A stretch of 64,000 nucleotides of DNA, taken from positions 11-64,010 of the forward strand of contig DSEQ01000034.1 of the NCBI GenBank assembly GCA_011056555.1, in the 5' to 3' direction. The translations under genes were made by a program, and so were the position numbers. This DNA is from Candidatus Zixiibacteriota bacterium. GTDB taxonomy: Bacteria; Zixibacteria; MSB-5A5; JAABVY01. Shown here piece by piece: positions 31,601 to 40,748 of the stretch; position 1 is the first letter of the stretch, and each line of letters begins with the position of its first letter. The notes under the pieces were generated by a model. The model was not told the DNA's origin, did not search any database, and saw nothing but the letters and a program-made list of their open reading frames with translations.

Positions 31601-32476
31601 ATGAAGAGCTTTATATTCCCGATAGCATTAATCGCACTGGCATTTCTGATCGCATTTGGATGTGATCGTTCTGTGGACCCGCCCTACACTAATCCGGCCG
31701 CGATTATAGATTTGCTAAAAGTGGATGACATCGCCCAGGAAGTCGAGGATTTCGATTTTATTGATACGGGGTCATATACTACTCTGGCCGATGCTCAATC
31801 CGGAGATTTCGGGACAGTTCAATACAAACTTGAAATTGATTCGGCTCTATTGACATATCGCGTCGATATGGGAGATACTGTGATTATAGATGCGATCAGG
31901 GCACAGGAAGCAAATGCTTACTCCCAGTATCAAATATTCTACAGGTTGACACTTAAAAATGAAACCGGGGACTCTGTTGTAAAACATCTGGTCACAGATT
32001 CGACCAGGGCAAGAAAAAGACATTACACCCTCAAACTCGGAGAATCCACACAGCCCTTTAGGGGATGGGTTTACTGGGGTACGAATATGATCTTCAACCT
32101 GTCCCAGACACAGCCGAATATTAAATGGTTCTCAGCAGAACAGGGGGAATTGCCCAATTCAAGTGAAATTATCAGGAAAAACGAGATTCCGGCGCTCAAG
32201 CCCGGCGACCGTATCACAGTGCAGTACCAGGGACTGCCGAGCGATATAGGTTACCTTCACATCAATGAAACCGGAACCCCCAGGAGGATTAAGTTCAACA
32301 GGATCAATGACGTAATCAAGGAAGCCGAATGGACGGTTTCCAGCAATTATCAGGGCAGGGATTACTTTTATTATGCCGGGATCGAGATCTACCGCAGGAA
32401 TACCCTGGCGTCTGCGGATACCTCTGAGACGGACTTTTTGTTCATGGGCTTGATGTATCCTATCAGCGATCAATAA
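31601..32476 (+). CDS. hypothetical lipoprotein/secreted protein
   Basis: MKSFIFPIALIALAFLIAFGCDRS lipoprotein-type signal with Cys; AGGAG RBS; the track ORF (31505) overlaps the uvrB 3' end, internal start preferred. Confidence 0.5.
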   Translation: MKSFIFPIALIALAFLIAFGCDRSVDPPYTNPAAIIDLLKVDDIAQEVEDFDFIDTGSYTTLADAQSGDFGTVQYKLEIDSALLTYRVDMGDTVIIDAIRAQEANAYSQYQIFYRLTLKNETGDSVVKHLVTDSTRARKRHYTLKLGESTQPFRGWVYWGTNMIFNLSQTQPNIKWFSAEQGELPNSSEIIRKNEIPALKPGDRITVQYQGLPSDIGYLHINETGTPRRIKFNRINDVIKEAEWTVSSNYQGRDYFYYAGIEIYRRNTLASADTSETDFLFMGLMYPISDQ

Positions 32477-32569
32477 AATTGTGGGAACTTTCCGGATTAT
32501 TTCGTATATTATAAGGCTTGACATAACCGTGAAATTGATTATATAAATATCTTATTACGGAGGAATAGT

Positions 32570-32764
32570 ATGGCCAAGAAACAGACTTTTGCAGATAAGT
32601 TAAAAAAGAAACAGGCTACAGGTAAGACCTGCCCGGTATGCAATGAGCCGATCGAATACGTTCTTATGGTTAAATCGGTGGAGCGTGAAGATGGCAATGG
32701 TTATAAATTTAATCAGGAACATATCGGCATTTGCAAATGCAACGAGAAAGAAGTTTTTGCTTAA
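32570..32764 (+). CDS. small zinc-ribbon protein (64 aa)
   Basis: GGAGG RBS; CPVC...CKC four-Cys pattern; K-rich N-terminus. Confidence 0.4.
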   Translation: MAKKQTFADKLKKKQATGKTCPVCNEPIEYVLMVKSVEREDGNGYKFNQEHIGICKCNEKEVFA

Positions 32765-32833
32765 TAGCCTCGGATTTATCTGAAATTTCAAACCAAGGGC
32801 TTAATCTCTCTTGGTTTTCTTTTTTGCAGAAAA

Positions 32834-35401
32834 TTGAATAATATAAGAGAATCGATCATAAAGGAACTGCTCCCCTTCGTCACCAAGCCGGGGCGCTTTA
32901 TTGGAAATGAAATCGGGTCTGTCAGGAGATCGTGGGAGGGGCGGGTGCGTGTCGCCCTTGCATTTCCGGATCTTTATGACCTCGGCATGTCCAATCTGGG
33001 GCTTTCCATTTTGTATCACATAATCAATACTTCGGAAATTGGTCATGCTGAAAGGGTCTTCGCTGTCTCCGACGATACCGCAGACAGGATGCGCGAGAAG
33101 CAAATTCCGCTTTTCTCACTGGAGTCCAAGGAACCGCTTAAGGAGTTCGATATTGTGGGCTTCAACTCGGCCACTGAATTGAATTATACCAATATACTCT
33201 CGATGATCGATCTGGCCGGTATTCCCCTGCTGGCGAAGGACCGCGCCGATAGTGATCCCCTGGTGGCGATAGGCGGAGGATGCGCCTTTAATCCCGAACC
33301 ATTGGCCCAGTTTGCCGATTTCTTCTTCCTCGGTGACGCAGAAGAGGGGATTCTGAAAATACTGGAGGTTTTAAAGTCCGGAAGCGATAAGCCGCGCGAG
33401 GAAAAACTCAGAGCTCTGGCGCAGATACAGGGTGTCTATGTGCCCTCATTTTATAGAGATCAATATGCGGAGGATGGAAAGTTCAGGTCGTTGACTCCGA
33501 CAGAGGAGTCCATACCTCACAAAATAAAAGCTCGCGTTGTCCGCGAGCTGAAGAATTCATATTACCCTGCAACTCCCATGCTTCCTGCAGTCGAAACTGT
33601 ACACGATCGCCTGGCGGTGGAAATTATGCGTGGCTGCGGGCATGCCTGCCGTTTCTGCCAGGCAACCGTAATCTACAAGCCTGCCCGCAAGCGTTCGGTT
33701 GATGACATAGTATCCCAGGTTACCACCAGCCTGGAGAAAAGCGGTTATGACGAGGTGACCCTGCTGTCGTTATCCTCCGGCGATTATCCTGAAATTGAAT
33801 TGCTGGTCAGAAGACTGGTTGACAAATTAAAAGACAGGCATGTGGCAGTCTCTCTGCCGTCGCTGCGTATTTCGGGATTGTCCCTCGAACTGGCGAAGCT
33901 GATAACTGAGAACAAACGGACCGGCCTGACTTTCGCCCCGGAGGCCGGAACAGAACGTCTGCGGCAGGTGATGAATAAGCCGGTCGATGAGGATACTCTG
34001 GTGGAGGTTCTGACAGAGGCGTTCAAGCAGGGCTGGCAGACTATCAAACTCTACTTTATGGTCGGACTGCCCACAGAAACAGAGGAAGATCTACGGGGGA
34101 TAGCGGATTTGATAACCAGACTCAACCGGATTTCCGAAAAGTACAGGGGACGTAGAAGCTTCAATATCACCATCTCCCCTTTCTCACCCAAGGCGCATAC
34201 TCCCTGGCAATGGGAAAAACAGATCGGTATCGAGGAGACCTACCAAAAAATAGATTTCCTGAAGAGAACAATCAGGAAGCGCAATGTGCATCTGAAATTT
34301 CACGATCCCAGGACCACCTGGCTGGAAGGTCTGCTGGGACGCGGCGATCGCAGAATTGGTGATGTTATTCTCAGGGCCTATCGGATGGGTGCGCATATGG
34401 ACGGCTGGAGCGAAAATTTTGATTTCGAAACCTGGCAGGAGGCTTGCCGGGAGGAGCGAATCGATCCCGACAGATATCTGGCTGAAAGGTCCACCGGAAG
34501 TCCTCTCCCCTGGGATCATATTGAAAAAGGTTTGTCAAAAGAGTCTCTGTTGAAAGAACTGGCAAAATCGCGGGGTCTTACTGACTTGGTCAAATCGCTG
34601 GATAAAGAAGAGAAGCCTGAAAAAGAACCGCCTGAGAGGAAAAGAAAAGACGATAATGAGAGGATTATGTATGGGCGCGCGCCAAAAGTCCAAAAAGCGC
34701 AGGCTGCAGGTATAGTACCCCAGAGCCGCCTGCGGATTAAATGGGGACGGAGCGGACTGTCGCGATTCCTCTCGCATCTGGATAATATGAAGGCAATGGA
34801 ACGTGCTCTCCGAAGGGCCAATCTGCCAATCAGCTTCAGCCACGGCTTCAGGCCCAAACCAAAAATCAGCTATGGCCCGCCCCTGTCGCTGGGATTCACT
34901 TCAGAAGCCGAGTACTTTGACATACAGCTGGATGTCCCGGTTCATGACTACATGCTCGGCCGCTTGAGCAGGGAGTTCCCCCCTGATTTCAGTCTGCTCG
35001 GTACGAAACCACTCCTGGGTAAGACACAATCGCTTGCCTCACAATTGAACCTGGCGGTGTATGAGGTTTATTTGCCCATGGATATAGAAAAGGCTCGACA
35101 GAAATGCGCGGAGATACTTGAAGCCGAGGAACTTCATTTCCAGCGTGAAACTAAATCAGGCCCCGTTGAGGTTGAGGGACGCAAAGCGATAATCGATCTG
35201 GCTTGCGAGAAATCGGATGATGGCAAGACCAGGTTGACCATGAAGACCGGTATGGCGGATCTGGGCTTTATAAAGCCCCTGGAGCTCCTCGAGCATGGAT
35301 TTGAGATTTCATCCGAGGTCCTGCCCGCTTTGGAAATTCACCGAAAAGCCCTGTATCGTCTGGAGAATGGCAATCTGATAGACCCCTTCGACTTAATCTG
35401 A
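32834..35401 (+). CDS. B12-binding radical SAM protein fused to a C-terminal DUF2344-like domain
   Basis: 855 aa; radical SAM CxxxCxxC (MRGCGHACRFC), upstream B12-binding-like region, C-terminal ~230-aa domain of the radical-SAM-linked family; TTG start. Confidence 0.8.
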   Translation: MNNIRESIIKELLPFVTKPGRFIGNEIGSVRRSWEGRVRVALAFPDLYDLGMSNLGLSILYHIINTSEIGHAERVFAVSDDTADRMREKQIPLFSLESKEPLKEFDIVGFNSATELNYTNILSMIDLAGIPLLAKDRADSDPLVAIGGGCAFNPEPLAQFADFFFLGDAEEGILKILEVLKSGSDKPREEKLRALAQIQGVYVPSFYRDQYAEDGKFRSLTPTEESIPHKIKARVVRELKNSYYPATPMLPAVETVHDRLAVEIMRGCGHACRFCQATVIYKPARKRSVDDIVSQVTTSLEKSGYDEVTLLSLSSGDYPEIELLVRRLVDKLKDRHVAVSLPSLRISGLSLELAKLITENKRTGLTFAPEAGTERLRQVMNKPVDEDTLVEVLTEAFKQGWQTIKLYFMVGLPTETEEDLRGIADLITRLNRISEKYRGRRSFNITISPFSPKAHTPWQWEKQIGIEETYQKIDFLKRTIRKRNVHLKFHDPRTTWLEGLLGRGDRRIGDVILRAYRMGAHMDGWSENFDFETWQEACREERIDPDRYLAERSTGSPLPWDHIEKGLSKESLLKELAKSRGLTDLVKSLDKEEKPEKEPPERKRKDDNERIMYGRAPKVQKAQAAGIVPQSRLRIKWGRSGLSRFLSHLDNMKAMERALRRANLPISFSHGFRPKPKISYGPPLSLGFTSEAEYFDIQLDVPVHDYMLGRLSREFPPDFSLLGTKPLLGKTQSLASQLNLAVYEVYLPMDIEKARQKCAEILEAEELHFQRETKSGPVEVEGRKAIIDLACEKSDDGKTRLTMKTGMADLGFIKPLELLEHGFEISSEVLPALEIHRKALYRLENGNLIDPFDLI

Positions 35402-35489
35402 TGCCGATTAATTTTTCCGCAAAAATTAAAATAGTTGAAATATTTTTGTCTCAGGGGTATAATGGTTAGAATTATGCAACTGGATTTAT

Positions 35490-36266
35490 ATGCCATCGGA
35501 TAAGATAAAAATACCGGATTTTAAGAGACTGATAAAGCCATCCGTGAAGGTTCTGAAATATCTCGGGCTGGTATTGGCTGTGCTAATTGTTCTTTTCCTG
35601 CTTTTCGATATCGTCATAATGCCTGCCTACACGCGTCACGGGACAGAGTACCCCCTTCCCAGCATCGTCAACAAGTCCTTTGACGAGGCTGAAAAAATAG
35701 CCGAACGTTATGATTTTGAGATAGTTATACAGGGCCGGCAGGCTTCTCCGAGTATACCGGAAGGGACAGTTCTGTCCCAGGTTCCGGCTCCCGGGACGCA
35801 GATCAAGGAAAACCGCACTGTCAAAGTCATTATTTCTGCCGGGGAGCAAATGGTTGAGGTTCCTGAGCTTGTCAGGTATTCTGTCAGGCAGGCAGAGCTG
35901 CAACTGCCCGAATCCGGGCTGAAAGTAGGAAACTACTACTGGACCGAAACAGATACGCTGGCCAGCGATGTAATTGCCTACACAGTACCGCCTTCAGGTT
36001 CTCTGGTGCCCCGCGGCTCAGGCATCGATCTTTACATAAATCGCGGGCTGGAATCGGACGAGGGCTATATGCCCAAGGTACTGGGAAAACCTCTGGCTGA
36101 AGCCCTGGCCCTTCTGGATTCTCTGGGATTCCCGGAACCTCGGGTGGAATATGTAACCAACCCCTTACTTCTGCCCCAGATAGTTACCTATCAGCATCCA
36201 TCGGCAGGAACAAAGTCCATAATCGATTCGACCAAAATACTTCTGGTTGTACCGGTGGGAGAATGA
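35490..36266 (+). CDS. membrane-anchored PASTA-domain protein (3 PASTA repeats, no kinase domain)
   Basis: 258 aa; short cytoplasmic N-terminus, one TM (LGLVLAVLIVLFLLFDIVIM), three ~65-aa PASTA repeats (VP.L.G....A...L...GL...). Confidence 0.75.
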   Translation: MPSDKIKIPDFKRLIKPSVKVLKYLGLVLAVLIVLFLLFDIVIMPAYTRHGTEYPLPSIVNKSFDEAEKIAERYDFEIVIQGRQASPSIPEGTVLSQVPAPGTQIKENRTVKVIISAGEQMVEVPELVRYSVRQAELQLPESGLKVGNYYWTETDTLASDVIAYTVPPSGSLVPRGSGIDLYINRGLESDEGYMPKVLGKPLAEALALLDSLGFPEPRVEYVTNPLLLPQIVTYQHPSAGTKSIIDSTKILLVVPVGE

Positions 36267-36925
36267 TGATTAAGCTTGCACCCTCGATATTGGGAGCCGA
36301 TTTCGGCCATTTGGAAGAGGAGATTATTAAAACAAATGAGTCCGGATGCGACTGGATTCATCTGGATATTATGGATGGCCATCTGGTGCCGAATATCAGT
36401 TTCGGCCCGGCTATAGTGAAATATGTGAAATCCCGGTCGGATCTTTTCCTGGACTCGCATCTGATGATTTCAAATCCGGAGAAATATCTGGAAGTCTATG
36501 CCGAGGCCGGGAGCGACCTGATAGTTATTCATTACGAGATTGAACATGATAAGATTCCGCTCCTGGAAAAGATCAGAAAACTGGGAAAGAAAGCGGGTAT
36601 CAGCATAAATCCGCATACTCCTCTCGAGGCCGTCACGGAAATTTTGGAACATTGCGACCTGATCCTGATCATGACGGTACATCCGGGTTTCTCAGGACAG
36701 AAATTCATGAACCAGGTACTGCCAAAAATCCGTCAGGCCCGAGAATATATAGATTCTAATAACCTGAATATTGAAATCGAGGTGGACGGCGGTGTAGGCC
36801 TGGAAACGGCAAAAAAAGTGATAGATGCCGGGGCCGATATCCTGGTGGCCGGATCGGCTTTCTATAAATCAGGCGATTATCGTGAATTTAACCGAAAAAT
36901 AAAGGATTTGGCCGAAAAATCCTGA
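36263..36925 (+). CDS. rpe: ribulose-phosphate 3-epimerase
   Basis: 220 aa; KLAPSILGADFGHL...HLDIMDGHLVPN...HPGFSGQKF motifs; 4-nt overlap with upstream PASTA gene. Confidence 0.9.
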   Translation: MMIKLAPSILGADFGHLEEEIIKTNESGCDWIHLDIMDGHLVPNISFGPAIVKYVKSRSDLFLDSHLMISNPEKYLEVYAEAGSDLIVIHYEIEHDKIPLLEKIRKLGKKAGISINPHTPLEAVTEILEHCDLILIMTVHPGFSGQKFMNQVLPKIRQAREYIDSNNLNIEIEVDGGVGLETAKKVIDAGADILVAGSAFYKSGDYREFNRKIKDLAEKS

Positions 36926-37011
36926 ATTCCAACTTTTTATCTCCCCTTTAAAAATCGCTTGCAATATCAGGATTATATAATATATTTCCGGTTTGTCTAA
37001 GAAGGATTTTT

Positions 37012-38328
37012 ATGTTTGATGAACTTACAGATAAATTAGAAGGCGTATTTAAGAAGCTGCGCGGACATGGCAAGCTGACCGAAACCAACATCAGGGACGC
37101 CATGAAAGAGGTGCGCCTGGCGCTTTTAGAGGCCGACGTAAACTACCGTGTAGTCAAGCGCTTTATCAAGGATGTTACTGAAAAATCGCTCGGTACCGAA
37201 GTCCTGCAGTCAATTTCTCCCGGCCAGCAGATAGTCAAAATTGTACATGATCAGCTGGTTGAGGTGTTGGGAGGTGAAGCTGAGGAGATGACTGTGGCCC
37301 CCTCCCCGCCCACCAAAATCGTTCTGGTCGGCCTTCAGGGTTCCGGTAAAACCACCATGTGCGGTAAGCTGGCAAAATTTTACCGTAAGAAAAACAAATC
37401 GCCTCTGCTGGTTGCAGCCGATATATATCGTCCGGCAGCAGTGGATCAGTTGAAGACACTCGGCAAAAATACCGATATTCCTGTGTTTCATATCGACAAG
37501 GATCCGCCCAAAATAAGCAAGAAGGCGCTAGATTATGCTTACGATAACAACAATGATGTGGTCATCATCGATACGGCAGGGCGTTTACATATTGACAACA
37601 CTTTGATGGAAGAGCTGGAAAAGATCAGGCAGAATGTCGAGCCTCATGAGATACTCTTGATCGCAGATGCTATGACCGGGCAGGACGCTGTCAATATCGC
37701 GCAGGAATTTAATAAACGTCTGGATTTAACCGGAGTGATATTGACCAAGATGGACGGTGATGCGCGCGGCGGCGCGGCGCTGTCTATAAAGAGCGTAACC
37801 GGCAAACCGATTAAGCTTGTGGGTACCGGTGAGAAGCTGGATGATATCGAGGTCTTCCATCCCGACCGGATGGCCTCGCGCATACTCGGCATGGGAGATG
37901 TCGTTTCGCTGGTCGAGAGAGCCCAGGAGACAATCGATACCAAAGAGGCTGAAAAGCTGGAGAAGAAGCTGCGCAAGGAGGCATTCACTCTGGAGGACTT
38001 TTACGGCCAGATGCAGCAGCTCAAGAAGATGGGGCCGCTGGAATCACTGGTTTCGATGCTTCCGGGAGTCGGAGGAGCATTGAAGGGGCTCAAAATCGAT
38101 GATTCCGCCATGGGCAAGGTGGAGGCCATAATTCAGTCCATGACGCCGGAAGAGAGAACGAAGCCCAATATCATCGACGGTTCCCGCCGCAGGAGAATTG
38201 CGGCAGGCTCCGGCAATTCAGTCGCTGACGTAAACAGATTACTAAAACAATTCAATATGATGCAGAAAATGATAAAGAAGATTTCCCGCGGGCAGATGAA
38301 GGATTTTGCCAAAGGTTTATTTTCATGA
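37012..38328 (+). CDS. ffh: signal recognition particle protein Ffh
   Basis: 438 aa; N domain, SRP GTPase (GLQGSGKTT, DTAGR, TKMDG) and Met-rich M domain. Confidence 0.95.
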   Translation: MFDELTDKLEGVFKKLRGHGKLTETNIRDAMKEVRLALLEADVNYRVVKRFIKDVTEKSLGTEVLQSISPGQQIVKIVHDQLVEVLGGEAEEMTVAPSPPTKIVLVGLQGSGKTTMCGKLAKFYRKKNKSPLLVAADIYRPAAVDQLKTLGKNTDIPVFHIDKDPPKISKKALDYAYDNNNDVVIIDTAGRLHIDNTLMEELEKIRQNVEPHEILLIADAMTGQDAVNIAQEFNKRLDLTGVILTKMDGDARGGAALSIKSVTGKPIKLVGTGEKLDDIEVFHPDRMASRILGMGDVVSLVERAQETIDTKEAEKLEKKLRKEAFTLEDFYGQMQQLKKMGPLESLVSMLPGVGGALKGLKIDDSAMGKVEAIIQSMTPEERTKPNIIDGSRRRRIAAGSGNSVADVNRLLKQFNMMQKMIKKISRGQMKDFAKGLFS

Positions 38329-38345
38329 TGAAGGAGGTTTGATTT

Positions 38346-38771
38346 TTGGCAGTACGCATACGCTTAAGGAGAATGGGTGCCAAGAAGAAGGCATTTTACA
38401 GGTTTGTTGCCGCTGACAGCAGGTCGCCCAGAGATGGAAGATTCATCGAGGTATTAGGATACTACAATCCTATTGAGAAACCTGCTAAAGTGGTCGTCCA
38501 CCAGGATAAGGTATTCAAGTGGCTCAAAAACGGTGCTGAGATGTCGGAGACTGTGGAATCACTGTTCAGGCAAATCTCCATCCTGGAGAAATGGGAGAAG
38601 ATGAAAGCCGGCGAAACCGGAGAGGATATCACCATAAAGGACACTATCAGCGAGCGGAAAAAGAAAACCAAACGCACTAAGAAAGCACAGGCAACTGAGG
38701 AAGCAGAAACGACAACCGGAAAAGAAGAGGAAAAACCCAAAGAGGAAGAGGCTAAAACTGAGGAAAGCTAA
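38346..38771 (+). CDS. rpsP: 30S ribosomal protein S16 with K/E-rich C-terminal extension
   Basis: [42 protein letters not shown] canonical S16; TTG start supported by homology and a GAAGGAGG RBS. Confidence 0.85.
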   Translation: MAVRIRLRRMGAKKKAFYRFVAADSRSPRDGRFIEVLGYYNPIEKPAKVVVHQDKVFKWLKNGAEMSETVESLFRQISILEKWEKMKAGETGEDITIKDTISERKKKTKRTKKAQATEEAETTTGKEEEKPKEEEAKTEES

Positions 38772-38801
38772 TCTGGAGATTCTATTTCAAAGGAGTGTAA
38801 C

Positions 38802-39032
38802 GTGAAAGAGTTCATCGAAACCATTGTACAGCATCTCGTCGATCAGCCGGATTTGGTCCGCTTAACCGAAGTTCAGGGCGCCAAGACAACTGTTTATGAA
38901 TTGAGAGTAGGTCCCGGAGATCTCGGAAAGGTAATCGGTAAAAAAGGTCAAACTGCCAAGTCGATTAGAACACTTATTGCGGCGATAAGCGCTAAAAAAG
39001 GCAAACGCGCGGTCCTGGAGATTCTGGAATAG
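38802..39032 (+). CDS. KH-domain RNA-binding protein (UPF0109/YlqC family)
   Basis: 76 aa; GxxG KH loop (VIGKKGQTAKSIRTL); conserved rpsP-KH-rimM-trmD-rplS context; GTG start with AGGAG RBS. Confidence 0.7.
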   Translation: MKEFIETIVQHLVDQPDLVRLTEVQGAKTTVYELRVGPGDLGKVIGKKGQTAKSIRTLIAAISAKKGKRAVLEILE

Positions 39033-39035
39033 CAA

Positions 39036-39554
39036 GTGTCTGATGACAGGGTTGCCATCGCTTATATAAATAAGGCCTGGGGGGTCAAAGGTGAGGTCAT
39101 AGCCGAACCTCTTACGGAATTTCCCCAGCGCTTCAAGCAGCTTAAAAACGTGACAGTATCAACTGCGCGGCTGGATCTTGAGCTGAAAGTTGAATGGACA
39201 AAAAAGCATAGCGGCAAAATAGTTTTCAAGTTTGAGGAGATAAATGACAGAGACGAAGCCCAGAGGCTTCGCAACTCATATATAGAAGTTGAAAAATCAG
39301 AAGTATTCAAGCTCCCCGAGGGAAATTATTATCAGTTCGAGCTGATCGGCCTGGAGGTGGAAGACTCAGTGCAGGGTTATCTCGGCAGGATAGATGATGT
39401 GTGGGAATATCCAACCAATGACATATTGGTAATACGTTCCGACCGGGGAAGGCTTCTGATTCCGGCAATAAAAGAGATAGTCAGGAAAGTAGATCTTAAA
39501 AACAACAAACTGGAGGTAACGCTTCTACCCGGGATGGAATTTGAGGCTGAATGA
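39036..39554 (+). CDS. rimM: 16S rRNA processing protein RimM
   Basis: 172 aa; RimM N-terminal beta-barrel and PRC-barrel C-terminal domain; synteny. Confidence 0.85.
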   Translation: MSDDRVAIAYINKAWGVKGEVIAEPLTEFPQRFKQLKNVTVSTARLDLELKVEWTKKHSGKIVFKFEEINDRDEAQRLRNSYIEVEKSEVFKLPEGNYYQFELIGLEVEDSVQGYLGRIDDVWEYPTNDILVIRSDRGRLLIPAIKEIVRKVDLKNNKLEVTLLPGMEFEAE

Positions 39555-40276
39555 GAATCGAGGTCTTGACCATTTTTCCGGAAATCTTCGACAGTCCGAT
39601 TAAATCAAGTCTGCTGGGAAAGGCCCGGGATGCCGGTCTTCTGGAAATCAATGTGAGCGACATTCGGGATTTTTCCACAGACAAACACAGGACAGTCGAT
39701 GATACTCCCTTCGGCGGGGGAGCGGGAATGGTCATGAAGGCCGAACCGATCGACAGAGCGCTGCAACAGATCAGGGAAAATCTCACGGACCCGCGGCTGC
39801 TTTTGACCTCGGCCTCAGGAAAAAAATTTGATCAGAAAATGGCCAATGAATTGTCCCGGGAAGAGAGTATTATAATAATCTGCGGAAGATATAAAGGCGT
39901 GGATGAGCGCATTCTCGAGCTGCACCCGATTGAAGAGGTCTCCATCGGCGACTATGTCCTTTCCGGCGGGGAGGCCGCTGCGCTGGTCATGATCGAGGCG
40001 GTCGCGAGGCTGGTACCGGGATATATGGGCAAGATAGAAGCGGGCGAGGATGATGCCTTCGCCTGGGGAATTCTGGGTTTTCCAAATTATACTCATCCGC
40101 AGGAATACAAGGGCTTGAAAGTTCCGGATGTCCTGGTCTCGGGGCATCATGCGAAAATCGAGAGATACAGGAGATACAGCGCCCTTAAAAAGACTTTGCA
40201 AAATCGGCCGGAACTTTTGGAAACAATCGAACTTAGTGATATAGATAAAAAGCTTTTGGATGAAATAAAAAAATGA
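39551..40276 (+). CDS. trmD: tRNA (guanine37-N1)-methyltransferase
   Basis: 241 aa; SPOUT fold motifs (RIEVLTIFPE..; ..IICGRYKGVDERI; YVLSGGE). Confidence 0.9.
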   Translation: MRIEVLTIFPEIFDSPIKSSLLGKARDAGLLEINVSDIRDFSTDKHRTVDDTPFGGGAGMVMKAEPIDRALQQIRENLTDPRLLLTSASGKKFDQKMANELSREESIIIICGRYKGVDERILELHPIEEVSIGDYVLSGGEAAALVMIEAVARLVPGYMGKIEAGEDDAFAWGILGFPNYTHPQEYKGLKVPDVLVSGHHAKIERYRRYSALKKTLQNRPELLETIELSDIDKKLLDEIKK

Positions 40277-40315
40277 GGAAAAATAACTCTGCAAATAGAT
40301 TTCTGGAGGTCTGAA

Positions 40316-40696
40316 ATGGACTTGATGTCGAAACTCGAAGGTGAGTACAGGAAGAAAGATGTGCCGAAATTCTCCCCCGGAGATACTGTTAAGGTCCACG
40401 TCCGCATTAAGGAAGGCGATAAGGAGAGAATTCAGGTGTTTCAGGGCACGGTAATCAAGAAACGCGGTTCCGGCCTGGGAGCATCATTTACGGTCAGAAA
40501 AGTTTCGTCCGGTATTCCGGTGGAACGAGTATTCCCCATTCATTCGCCGAATGTTACCAGGATTGAGAGGCTTCGGATGGGTAAGGTTAGACGTGCAAAA
40601 CTCTATTACCTTCGCAACCTTTCCGGAAAACAATCCCGGATAGTCGAGAAGAAGGAAGACAAAAAGACAAACAATAAAAGAGCGAACGAGAAGTAA
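40316..40696 (+). CDS. rplS: 50S ribosomal protein L19
   Basis: 126 aa; [29 protein letters not shown] canonical L19. Confidence 0.9.
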   Translation: MDLMSKLEGEYRKKDVPKFSPGDTVKVHVRIKEGDKERIQVFQGTVIKKRGSGLGASFTVRKVSSGIPVERVFPIHSPNVTRIERLRMGKVRRAKLYYLRNLSGKQSRIVEKKEDKKTNNKRANEK

Positions 40697-40723
40697 TTAC
40701 CGCCGTTCGCAAAATAGTCAAAT

Positions 40724-40748
40724 AAAAAGCCCGCTCGCGGGCTTTTTT
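40724..40748. terminator. bidirectional rho-independent terminator shared by the convergent rplS operon and the CIS/kinase operon
   Basis: AAAAAGCCCGCtcGCGGGCTTTTTT: A-run/GC stem-loop/T-run symmetric on both strands; the TAA stop of the minus-strand PP2C gene lies inside the T-run. Confidence 0.65.

Noticed and set aside
36346-36682. ORFs 36346..36543 (+) and 36470..36682 (-) inside rpe
   Set aside because: Out-of-frame overlaps of a well-supported rpe CDS.
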